IMG/VR virus record: IMGVR_UViG_3300045747_000058 | Location: 453-64,452 of that record | DNA: 64,000 nt | DNA from: a virus | Strand: one strand, 5' to 3' | Shown here: in pieces, positions 17,686-26,960 of the stretch | How the letters are laid out: the number at the start of each line of letters is the position of its first letter | How positions within the stretch are numbered: position 1 is the first letter of the stretch | The notes under the pieces: generated by a model | Told to the model about the DNA's origin: nothing | Databases searched by the model: none | Seen by the model: the letters and a program-made list of their open reading frames with translations, nothing else | Program-made: the position numbers and the translations under genes

Positions 17686-18080
17686 GATGTTGGTCCCTTC
17701 AAAAACTGTTGCCACGCTGAGCCAGCAAGGAATGTGAGTACGCCAAGCCCTAGCCACTTTGCGGCTGCGACTCTCATCTCTTGCCAAAACTTAACCCTAG
17801 CCTCGGCTTGCTCGATCACAAGCTCATGATGTCTACGGTGCCCGTCTGGGTCGCCTTCGGGGAAGGCTTGGCCCATCAGCTTGCTAATCGCTTCTGCAAG
17901 CTCGGATGTCTCCAGTTTCATGTGCTCCGACAACTTCTCATCTAACTTGATCTGATTTCGATCTATCCGCTTCACGAGCGCAAGCAATTGCATCGGACTG
18001 CCCTTACGACGGTCGGCGTAGTCAGGTGCAAGCTCTATAAAGCTGCTGCTTTGGTGCTCGCCTAGGTCGGTGTCATTCAT
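17682..18080 (-). CDS. Lysis-cassette membrane protein (C-terminal TM)
   Basis: Coiled coil, FPEGDPDGHRRHHE motif, C-terminal hydrophobic helix. Confidence 0.75.
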   Translation of the reverse strand: MNDTDLGEHQSSSFIELAPDYADRRKGSPMQLLALVKRIDRNQIKLDEKLSEHMKLETSELAEAISKLMGQAFPEGDPDGHRRHHELVIEQAEARVKFWQEMRVAAAKWLGLGVLTFLAGSAWQQFLKGPTS

Positions 18081-18095
18081 GGTTTTAGTTCTAAG

Positions 18096-18108
18096 TTAGA
18101 GGTTAGAT
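18096..18108 (-). promoter_or_regulatory. 13-bp dispersed motif, copy 5 (ATCTAACCTCTAA on minus)
   Basis: 16 bp upstream of the first lysis gene. Overlaps a TCTAA-G-TTAGA palindrome. Confidence 0.75.
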
Positions 18109-18280
18109 TCCGTGGGGCAATTATGCCATCACGCCTATGACTTTTATTAAGTCGTTTCCTTTTGGAACCGGCTGCGTACAGCCCCAAATTATTCCTGTTT
18201 CTCAACAGACCTCGCCGCGCTTTTTCACGACCACTTTGCTCGACCACGTTATTCACGCTCAATTCCACAAGTCATAAGCA

Positions 18281-18411
18281 CAGATCAAAAGACCATATCC
18301 TCTCTGTAACCTATCTATTCTTATACTCTTATACTTATAAACTTAAATTATTAGAATTGAATTTTAAATTAAGTAAGTAAGTAATAGAGTATTTTCCTAT
18401 ATAGAGGTAGG
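18281..18411. repeat. AT-rich element copy A (inverted relative to 58616-58747)
   Basis: Shared boxes of 14 bp (18281-94), 26 bp (18320-45) and 12 bp (18400-11) around a diverged AT-rich spacer. Confidence 0.9.
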
Positions 18412-18429
18412 CGACGGTTCATAACGTAA

Positions 18430-21400
18430 TTAGTCAGCTTGCGCTTCTCGCACTCGATCTCCAGAATTTACCCAGTTCGCATAGAGCGCGTTTGCTGGCA
18501 TCGCGTGCAGCGCCACGCTGCCGAACTGTTTACGCCCACCCGCGAGCTGCGCTACTTCAGCCAACTGCTCAATCGTCGGGCCAAGCAGTCGGCCGATGCC
18601 AGTGCCACCTTCCTTCATGTCATTCATTGCATCCACACTGAACTGACCTACTCCTAGCAAGCCCGCGCGTTGCGTTTCATACCCAATGTGATCAGCCAAG
18701 CTCCAACCATTCTTCCAATCAGGTTCCAAGGAACCGGAGGTCACGAGGCTCTTAGCCGCGTCTGCCGCGAACATCACAGGGATGTACGAGGCCACCGCCA
18801 GCATGGGCGTGTAGTTGCCGTGCGCGGCCTCATGGGTGATGCGTTTGAGTATGGTCTCTTGGAACGCGAAGGCAAACTGTTTGAGGTGGCCAATGAGCGC
18901 GTAGTGCGGGTCGTTCATCCACACTGGTTTGTCCGCAGCGTCTGGTCGCAGCACAGCGCCGTCCACCCAGCGGTTCAGAGCCATCTTGGTCTTAAGGTTC
19001 TTCGGGTCCATCAGCAGTTCACCCTGTGAGTCCTTCAGCACGTCTTTGGCCGTGAGACCTAACTCACGCAAGTATCGCTCGGAGTGGGCAGTGGGGTGAT
19101 CTACGTGTCGCACGATGAAGCGTTTGGCCGCTTCCATTGCGCTCACACGCATTGACTGGTTTACCTGTTCGGCAAAGTTGTATTTGAAAAATGCGTTGTT
19201 GATCTTTTCAGCGGTGCCTCCGCTCAGTCCTCCACCGAACGTAGCACCCATTGTGTGGGACAGGTTGGCGTTGTCGATGATGCCCATGGTGGTGGCCATC
19301 TCGGTCTGGTGGTCAAACGTCGGGTGGTCCTTCCATGCGCTAAACAATTCTTTAGCGCCACGCTTGTATGCCCCCCATGCGTCGCCGAGCTTGCCGCCGC
19401 GCACCATAATGCCCAGCGGGTCGACCATGCTGCTGAACAGCATCATGGGTAGCAGCCGCACATTCTGGTACACCATCATGTTGCTCATCAGGCGGCGAGC
19501 GTCTGGGCTGATGTCCGCCCCCAGGTGGCCGTTGATGCCGTCCACGTAGTCCTGCGCCAGAGCTATATGCTCCTTGGTCGCGCCCTGCCCTTTGGCTTTG
19601 TCCAGCAGTTTATACAGCCCACTGCTGTCGTCGTTAAAGCGTCGCGCCCACTCAGCCCGCTTGGTGGCCTGCGCCACGTAGTTGGACATGACACCGTGGA
19701 AGTCCTTCTTCATGAACGGAGCCAACTCACTGTCAGGGATGAACGACAGCTTGCGCTCCTTACGTGCCTGCATCCCTGGGATGTCTGTCAGCACGCCATC
19801 CATGGAGCCGTCACCGGCGATGATGCGGTGCATGGTGTCCTCACCCACACCGTACTTACTCAGCACTGCGTTGAACTCGTCCTGATGTGAGGAGATGTAG
19901 TACGCATCGTAGACGCGAGGGAAGTAGTCCGCCCCCAGGTCATTGAGCTTTACACCAGCCCGTGTGACGTAGTCCCGCATGTCCTTTAGAAAGCCCTTCA
20001 CTGCAGTCTGTGCAGCGCGCCCCTCGGCGGTGGTGGCAGTCCGCCCTTCTTGTAGCGCCTCGAAGGCATCCTGCATGTGTGCCTCGTTGGCGGTGCCCAG
20101 TGCTTTGCTCAGCGCATCCATGCGGGTTGATGCTTCGGCGCGAGCCGTGGGCAGGTAGCCCGCGTCGCTGCTCTCCTCCGTGTGCTGAGCTTTGACCAGT
20201 TTGGCCAGCTTGATCAGCGCAGGGTTGCCAGTGTCATGCAGCCGCTCACTGCCTGTGGAGACCAGCGCGTCACGCAGGTTCACCAGCGGCTTGCCGATGC
20301 TCTTGATTGTCTCCAGCGTGTCGTTCTTGCCCACGTCCATCAGGTCACGGCCCAGGATGTGGTCGCTCTTGCCCACATACTTGCCGTCGTTGAAGTACTT
20401 CAGGATGTGCTCGGCACGCTGGTCGTTGGTCCATATGCCCATGATGTTGCGGAAGAACTGCTTGATGCGGTTGAACACACCGACCTGTGGGCCTTGCAGT
20501 TTGAAGTTCTTGTCGTGCGCCCAGAACTGGTACGCATAAGCTGCGGCCTCCTCGGGGTCACGCAGTTGGCGCAGTGCCTCGGGGCTGTGAGCCAGCCGCT
20601 CACGAAGCTGGGCCTGGATGTGCGGGGACATTGCCATGCGCTCAATCACGTTGCTAATCTCAGGGTGTCCCTTGTCACGAAGCTGCTGGAAGAATCCGTG
20701 CAGCGCCTCATGGTGCGCCACGCTCATCGGGTTCAGACTGTGGACCGACACGCGGATGATGTCGCCCATCTGCTCCCGGGAGAACTCACCGGCGTGGAGG
20801 ATGTTGGCCATCTCTAAGCTGACGGTGTTGCCCAGCACCTTGTGCAGGTAGTCGAGGATGTCCTTGTGTGAAGAGGTCTTGGGGCCGGTGGCGTTGGGGG
20901 CCATACGTTGGGCGCTGAGACGGTCAATGCGGTGTTGACTCCAGGTATTTTCTTTGCCTGGGTTAGCGCCGGTGTCACGGTGCGAGCCGATGTCACCGGA
21001 GGGATCATGGAAGTCCTTGACGTGTTCGTTGAACGAGCGCAACAGCATTCGCATCTCGGTCGTCGAGTAGTTACCTTCGCGGAATTTGGAGTATGTGCCG
21101 TCGGGGGACTGACCGTCGCCCTTGGTCTCACGTTCCTCTTTGGGGTTCAGTTCACGCAGGAGGTGCGCGTACTTGTCGTGAGCGAGGGTTCCATCCTTTG
21201 GGCCGTCGATGGAGACCCCATGTCCTGGGGCGTCGTCCCATCTGAACTTGTTGATCGTCAGCACGGTGGCCGCGTCGGGGTCGGGCACCTCGGCTTTCTC
21301 CATCACGTCGTGGTCCAGCACACGCATGATGTAACCACTTTCGCCGTCGCGGGTCGTCCACAGCGTCGCACGCTTGATGGGGCCGAACGCACCGATGTGT

Positions 21401-24400
21401 GCGAGCTTATCTATGTTGTCTGAGGTCTCACGGTTAATACCCCAGTATTTTTTGCCGGTGCTTTCCAAGCTGTACTTCTTCGTCAGCAGGCCGTATGCCA
21501 CGGTGGGGTCGGCCTTGATCAGCTCAGCGATACGTGCGTTGGCAGCGTCCAAGACCTTCACGACCTCGGGCGTAGCCTCTTGCCCGTTCAGCGCCTCCAC
21601 CGCACGCTGCAAGCCCTTTGCATCCGTGCTCTCCGACATTTCCTTGATCAGTGCCTTGTCACCAGAGGCTGCTTTCTCCAGAAACGCCGCCTTCTTGGCG
21701 GCTACTGCTTTTGGGTCGGGGGTGCCCTCCACCTTCGCAGCCTTCTCCGTCGGTGGGTGCGCCTCTCGGAAGTCCTTCGTACGGATTGCTTCCTTGGACC
21801 CCATCACCAGTGCGTCGAGCGCAGCCTTGGCGTCCGTCGGAGAGGCGATCTTGCCGTCATGCCCCTTGGCGAAGTTCATCAGCTTGTCGCGCATGGCGGG
21901 GGCCAGCACATCAGCGTACGTCGCCAGCTTGGTCGCACGCTCTGCGAGGCTGCGCATCATCGCCAGCTTGGGTGCCGCCACACCGAGCTTCTGCTCAGCC
22001 GTAGCACCCTTCTTCGGGAAAGCATTCCCCAGGTTGCGCCACTCGTCGAGGAACGTGCCCAGACGCTTGTTGAACGTCTCTTGGTACGCGGTATGGCCCA
22101 CATCCGTGAGCATTCCGTTCTGCGTGGCGAGCCGGTCCTTTTCGGTGTGGAAGCCTGCGATGTCTTTCTTGATCTTCTCGATGGCCTTGGCATTCGGGCC
22201 GACAAACTTCTCGCTGTCCTTCAGCGACGCGCCCTCGTTCTCCTTGACGAACTGTTCACGGGCAGCGGCATCTTCCTTCTCCAACCCACGCATGCGTGCG
22301 GACAGGTTGGTGATGTTGCCCTTGAGTTCGTTGATCGCGCTATTGTGCTCATGGACGTTCGGGTTCTTCACCTTGCTGAAGTCGTCGCGAAACGAGCCGT
22401 CACCGGCGTTGGTGCGGATTCTTAGATCGTCTTCAGAGAGTAGAGATGAGGTCGTACCAATGTCACCGAACGGGTCCACCTCACGCTTACCAGAGCCAGT
22501 GCCGCCGTACGGGTCACCACTTCGGTAGATGCGCTCCTGGGTCAGTTCGGTCAGTTGGTCGTGAGCACGTTCCAATTCATGGGCCACATTTTTGCCGTCC
22601 GCAGCTTGGCGCTCCAAATCTTCGATGTGGCTGCGCTGCTTGGCAACAGCGGCGTTGATCTCCGCTGCCTTGGGCGCATCACGCATGTTCTGCTCCATGT
22701 GCGCCACACGATCCTTCAGGTCCCTCAGGCTGTCCATAGGCTTGCCGTTGCCGCCAATAGGTAGCTGCCCCTTGTCGTCGGGGAACATGCGGTGCCCATT
22801 GTTCAGTTCGTCGATCTGGTTACGGATGTAGCTGGCCTTGTCTTTGCTCGTCTCGCCCTCCAGTGTGCGCTCCAGACGAGCAATGCGGCTCTCGCGGTCA
22901 GCGATCTCGGACTTCACTCCTTCGATGCGCAGGCGGTGATGACCGGCGATAGCGTCACGGTCGTGGGCACCGGTGGCGTTGTCGGAGCGAATCTGCGTAC
23001 GAAGCTCTTCGATCTGTGCGCTGATCTGCTTACGCGTCTCAGGCTTGGACGTACCTTCTAGCTTCGTCTCCAGCGTTTCGAGTTTGGACTGCAACTTACG
23101 CTGCGCAGCTTCGTGGACCACACCGCGTGCTGGCTTGGCGCTGGCACCTTCGTCTTTTGCACCTATCTGCCCAGTCCGTTGTGGCGAGCCGTACTCGGTG
23201 CCCAGGATTTCTTCCTGGCGTCCACGGTCTTTTTCCATCGCACGCTTCAGTGCGTTCGTCCATGCCTCGCGCTCGGGGATGCGGAAGTCTGGGTCGCTGA
23301 GGTGCTCTTGCTTCCACTTTGCCAGCGCTAGGTTGTAATCCTTACCCTTGAGGAATTTCCCTTCCAGCGCCTCGATGCCAGCCTTGTGCAGCTTGTCACG
23401 CGCAACATCCTCACCTACCCACGCCTTCTTGTGAGCGCTCACCAGTTGATCACGTGTGAGTTCGTCCACGTGGGCCAACTGCTTCTGCATCTCAGGTGAG
23501 AGATTCTTCGGCTCAGGGAAACGCGAACCCAGATCACCACGCAGATCACCCACGGTGATCTTGCGGCCCTTGCGGTACGCCACCACGGTGTCAGGGTCGA
23601 TGTTGCCCAGCATGCGGTCTGTACCGCCCTTGGGTGCCTTCACCACTTGGTCGTGGCTCAGCGTTTCACCGTTCTCATTGTTGAATCCGTTGCCTTTGCT
23701 CTCGTGCTGCAACACCGCTGCGTAGCCGTTGGTGAATGCCTCCTTGATACGCTGCATGTCAGTGGCGTCGTTGCCACTGGTATGGTCGTAGCCCATCTTC
23801 TTGGAGAACTCGCTGGTCAGGCGCACTGCGTCGTATGCCCTGTCACCCACGTTGAACCGTGCTGGCGAGCGGCCATGGTTCTTGGCGTCCAGCTGCACGC
23901 GGCGCAACTCGTATGGTGCGATGCCCTCAGCGTCGCGGTCCTTGCCTTGGAGCTTGATGTAGCCCACGTTACCCGCGTGCTTTTCGTCCATCCCCACCAT
24001 GTGCGGGAACTGCTCCTGCACCGTGCCCCACGACTTGCCGGAGGACTTCATGTAGTCCTTTGCAGTCACGAAGCTCACGTTGTAGCCGGGGTACTGGTTG
24101 CGCAGTTCACGGATGCGGCTCTCTGTGGAGCTTTGCGCGTCGGCCATGCCGGTGGACTGTTCGTGCGCAGGAGAGCGGAACAGGCCATTGAGCTTGCCAG
24201 TGCCACGCTTCACAGTGCCTACCTTGTCGCCCTTGCCGATGTACAACTCGCCTTGTCCGGTCTCCTTGTTCACGCCGCGCACATACCCGTGGGTGTCCCA
24301 CTCATGCTCGGGCACCTCAGCCAGATCGGGAAAGTTCTTGTCGATGTCCGCGATCACGTCGCGGTCCTTCATGCCGCCCTGTGCCAACCGATCAGCGTGC

Positions 24401-26946
24401 TCGCGCATGGAGACGAACTCCCACTTGTGGTTGGGCCGGTTCTTCTCCATCTGGCCCATCACGTGTTGGGTGTAGCTCTTGGCAGACTTGAACTTACCCT
24501 TCTGTACGTCGGGGTGGTCCATCATGCCGCCGATGCCCTGCATGCCCTCGGAGTCGCCTGAGGCATGCACCGTGGCTACTGACTGCCGACCTGCCTTGTC
24601 GCCTTCGCCTACGAACAGGTCACGGATGCTGCCGTCCTCATTCTTGTGGTAACCCTCTTGGAAGTCGTGCTCCAGTTCTGCGTTGTCGCGTTGCAGACCT
24701 TCCTTCGCGGCCTGCGCTGCCACGGCGGACTCATCGGTCTCGCCCACGGACTTGCCGACCTTCTGGTCGGTGCCGGTGATGTTGCTCGGGCGGTCACGCT
24801 CCACCATGGCAGCGTTCTCAAGCAGTGCGTAGGCCTTGTCAGCCTTCTTGCCGAAGATCGCCTGCATCTGGCGGTGCATCTCTTTGTTGTACAGCGTGGA
24901 CTCTTCGCTCTGCTGCTTGTCGTTGCCGCGCACCCAGTTCATCAGGTGCTTAGCTGTCTGTGGGTCGTTGACGACGCTGTAGTGCTCGCTGCCGCGAGGC
25001 AGCATGGCGACGAGGCCCTTCTGCACCGTGTCGTATTGATCATGCGTGTCCACCGCGCCATTGATGTGGCCGAACACATTGTTGACTTCCTCGGGGTCCT
25101 TGCCACGGATGGCGTTGTACACCCTCGTAAGCGCGGGGCCAGTGTCCGGCCCGAGGATGCTCACGAGGTTGTCGAACATCGCTTCCTTCTTGTTCTCGAA
25201 GCGGAACTTGCCGAGGTTTTCGTATCGGCCGTCTTTGCCCTTCTGGATATTGGCTTCTCTACCGGCGAGGCTCATCCATTTGCGGATGCCGGAGACAAGC
25301 TCGGTCTGCATGGGTCGGCTGCTGACGAGCGCACTCTTCAGACGCTCATCAGTGATCGCGGGCAGTAGCTCCTTGGCGATGATGTCGTGCGCTGCGCTGA
25401 AGTCCTCAGACTTCTTGGCCCCACCCTTGTCACCGCCCATGGCCTCGTTCATACCCTTCGTGAACGAACTGACCTTGCCCATCAGGGTGTCGAGGAACCC
25501 CTTGTCCTCAGCGGCCTTGGCTATCGTGGCACGATTCTCTGGGACGTTCAGGTCTCGGCTGGCGGCCTGCACCTCGTCGGTGGCGTGACCACTACCCTCC
25601 ATTTCCCGAAACAGGTCGTTGGCGCGGCGGTTCGCCTCAGCCTCAGACGCGTCGGCCATGCTCTTGGCCTGTTCGGGGTTGGCCTTGCGCATGGCCTCGG
25701 GGTCACCAAAAAAGCCGTTGTTCTTCAGGTCGTCGAGTTTCTTGTCCGCCTTGCCTTTGGCTACGCCGAGGTAGTCCAGCGCGGTCTGGGCTGCGCCCTT
25801 TTCTGCCAAGTCCTTTTTGATCGGTTCGAACGTCTCGCGGATGCTCTTGGCTGCTGCCACATATGCGTCATACGCTTTGTCGCCCACACCCTTGGCACCG
25901 GCTGCTACCTGCTCCTTTACGTCGGGAGGCACGTTGGTGTCGGATAAGAGGTCCGAGATGTCCTGCTTGGTGGCCTTGTAGGTCTCGGCCGCGCCCTTGC
26001 CGAGCTTGCTCTCGGACACTCCGTCGTATAGACCCTGGGCGATCTCCCCCAGGTTGTCCCAGACGCCTGTAGCGGCCTTTCCGGGCCTGGACTGGGCAAC
26101 GTCCTCCTTAGCCACAGAAAACGCGTCTCCGACCCCTTTTAGGGCTTTACGAGGCATTCCGTGCACCATGTCTCCAGCCATACCCGCCATACCGAAGGCA
26201 CCACCCAGCACCGCGTTGTCCACGCCAGCTTCCTTGATGGCGTTCGGGTCGGTCACCTGACCGCTGGTAGCCAGTTGGCGGATGCCCTCACCACCTGCAC
26301 CGGCCACACCCTGGCCCAGGACGCCCGCACCCATGTTGTGCATGAAACTCTGGCCGATGGTGCGGCCAGCGGCCTGCTCTGCTCCTGCCCCCAGCATGCG
26401 CCCAGCCATAGTGCCGGGGACGATGTTCAGCGCTGCGGACGAAGCCAAACCACCCAGCGCGGCACGGCCGAAGTTCTCCTGTGGGCTGCGCAGCTGGGCT
26501 TCAGGGTCCTGCTGCTGACGAAGGGAGATGTCACCGGCTTCGAGCGGAGCGAACAGGGCCGTGGGCGCAGCGATGGCACCCCCCTTGACTTTGGTCAGCC
26601 CGCCGAGCAGGCCAGCGCCCATGCCGCCCACGAGCGCGGGCGTAAGCTGACCGGCCTTGTAGCCCAACCAGTTTGCCCCGCCACGCAGATCGTGCACGCT
26701 GGCCCACGTCGGGTTTGCTGCTGCTTGCTCTGCTTGCTGGGCCTCTAGTAGCTGCTGTTGCAGTGCCTGGGTTGCTTCGGGCGAGACACTGCCGCCAAAA
26801 GCTCGGGTAGCACCCTGGCCGAGCGCAGAGAGTTGCGCCCCCATGCCAGCACCGGCACCGCGCAGGCCCTTGGAAAACTCGGACTCGCTGTTTGGACGTT
26901 TGCTGGTAGGTTCCGCGTCGGCGTAATACTGGTCGTAGAGGCTCAT
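18430..26946 (-). CDS. Giant internal virion / ejection protein (polyvalent-type) with gluzincin metallopeptidase domain
   Basis: 2838 aa. AHHEALH (20698-20712) with downstream EEAAAYAY. Tandem ~124-aa duplicated domain. Last gene of the virion module. Confidence 0.8.
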   Translation of the reverse strand: MSLYDQYYADAEPTSKRPNSESEFSKGLRGAGAGMGAQLSALGQGATRAFGGSVSPEATQALQQQLLEAQQAEQAAANPTWASVHDLRGGANWLGYKAGQLTPALVGGMGAGLLGGLTKVKGGAIAAPTALFAPLEAGDISLRQQQDPEAQLRSPQENFGRAALGGLASSAALNIVPGTMAGRMLGAGAEQAAGRTIGQSFMHNMGAGVLGQGVAGAGGEGIRQLATSGQVTDPNAIKEAGVDNAVLGGAFGMAGMAGDMVHGMPRKALKGVGDAFSVAKEDVAQSRPGKAATGVWDNLGEIAQGLYDGVSESKLGKGAAETYKATKQDISDLLSDTNVPPDVKEQVAAGAKGVGDKAYDAYVAAAKSIRETFEPIKKDLAEKGAAQTALDYLGVAKGKADKKLDDLKNNGFFGDPEAMRKANPEQAKSMADASEAEANRRANDLFREMEGSGHATDEVQAASRDLNVPENRATIAKAAEDKGFLDTLMGKVSSFTKGMNEAMGGDKGGAKKSEDFSAAHDIIAKELLPAITDERLKSALVSSRPMQTELVSGIRKWMSLAGREANIQKGKDGRYENLGKFRFENKKEAMFDNLVSILGPDTGPALTRVYNAIRGKDPEEVNNVFGHINGAVDTHDQYDTVQKGLVAMLPRGSEHYSVVNDPQTAKHLMNWVRGNDKQQSEESTLYNKEMHRQMQAIFGKKADKAYALLENAAMVERDRPSNITGTDQKVGKSVGETDESAVAAQAAKEGLQRDNAELEHDFQEGYHKNEDGSIRDLFVGEGDKAGRQSVATVHASGDSEGMQGIGGMMDHPDVQKGKFKSAKSYTQHVMGQMEKNRPNHKWEFVSMREHADRLAQGGMKDRDVIADIDKNFPDLAEVPEHEWDTHGYVRGVNKETGQGELYIGKGDKVGTVKRGTGKLNGLFRSPAHEQSTGMADAQSSTESRIRELRNQYPGYNVSFVTAKDYMKSSGKSWGTVQEQFPHMVGMDEKHAGNVGYIKLQGKDRDAEGIAPYELRRVQLDAKNHGRSPARFNVGDRAYDAVRLTSEFSKKMGYDHTSGNDATDMQRIKEAFTNGYAAVLQHESKGNGFNNENGETLSHDQVVKAPKGGTDRMLGNIDPDTVVAYRKGRKITVGDLRGDLGSRFPEPKNLSPEMQKQLAHVDELTRDQLVSAHKKAWVGEDVARDKLHKAGIEALEGKFLKGKDYNLALAKWKQEHLSDPDFRIPEREAWTNALKRAMEKDRGRQEEILGTEYGSPQRTGQIGAKDEGASAKPARGVVHEAAQRKLQSKLETLETKLEGTSKPETRKQISAQIEELRTQIRSDNATGAHDRDAIAGHHRLRIEGVKSEIADRESRIARLERTLEGETSKDKASYIRNQIDELNNGHRMFPDDKGQLPIGGNGKPMDSLRDLKDRVAHMEQNMRDAPKAAEINAAVAKQRSHIEDLERQAADGKNVAHELERAHDQLTELTQERIYRSGDPYGGTGSGKREVDPFGDIGTTSSLLSEDDLRIRTNAGDGSFRDDFSKVKNPNVHEHNSAINELKGNITNLSARMRGLEKEDAAAREQFVKENEGASLKDSEKFVGPNAKAIEKIKKDIAGFHTEKDRLATQNGMLTDVGHTAYQETFNKRLGTFLDEWRNLGNAFPKKGATAEQKLGVAAPKLAMMRSLAERATKLATYADVLAPAMRDKLMNFAKGHDGKIASPTDAKAALDALVMGSKEAIRTKDFREAHPPTEKAAKVEGTPDPKAVAAKKAAFLEKAASGDKALIKEMSESTDAKGLQRAVEALNGQEATPEVVKVLDAANARIAELIKADPTVAYGLLTKKYSLESTGKKYWGINRETSDNIDKLAHIGAFGPIKRATLWTTRDGESGYIMRVLDHDVMEKAEVPDPDAATVLTINKFRWDDAPGHGVSIDGPKDGTLAHDKYAHLLRELNPKEERETKGDGQSPDGTYSKFREGNYSTTEMRMLLRSFNEHVKDFHDPSGDIGSHRDTGANPGKENTWSQHRIDRLSAQRMAPNATGPKTSSHKDILDYLHKVLGNTVSLEMANILHAGEFSREQMGDIIRVSVHSLNPMSVAHHEALHGFFQQLRDKGHPEISNVIERMAMSPHIQAQLRERLAHSPEALRQLRDPEEAAAYAYQFWAHDKNFKLQGPQVGVFNRIKQFFRNIMGIWTNDQRAEHILKYFNDGKYVGKSDHILGRDLMDVGKNDTLETIKSIGKPLVNLRDALVSTGSERLHDTGNPALIKLAKLVKAQHTEESSDAGYLPTARAEASTRMDALSKALGTANEAHMQDAFEALQEGRTATTAEGRAAQTAVKGFLKDMRDYVTRAGVKLNDLGADYFPRVYDAYYISSHQDEFNAVLSKYGVGEDTMHRIIAGDGSMDGVLTDIPGMQARKERKLSFIPDSELAPFMKKDFHGVMSNYVAQATKRAEWARRFNDDSSGLYKLLDKAKGQGATKEHIALAQDYVDGINGHLGADISPDARRLMSNMMVYQNVRLLPMMLFSSMVDPLGIMVRGGKLGDAWGAYKRGAKELFSAWKDHPTFDHQTEMATTMGIIDNANLSHTMGATFGGGLSGGTAEKINNAFFKYNFAEQVNQSMRVSAMEAAKRFIVRHVDHPTAHSERYLRELGLTAKDVLKDSQGELLMDPKNLKTKMALNRWVDGAVLRPDAADKPVWMNDPHYALIGHLKQFAFAFQETILKRITHEAAHGNYTPMLAVASYIPVMFAADAAKSLVTSGSLEPDWKNGWSLADHIGYETQRAGLLGVGQFSVDAMNDMKEGGTGIGRLLGPTIEQLAEVAQLAGGRKQFGSVALHAMPANALYANWVNSGDRVREAQAD

Positions 26947-26960
26947 GGGGTTTCCTTGTC

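Noticed and set aside
18430-26946. N4-type virion RNA polymerase
   Set aside because: The size is suggestive, but I find no DxxGR, DGxxNG or RxxxKxxxxxxxYG-type polymerase motifs. The only clear motif is HExxH.
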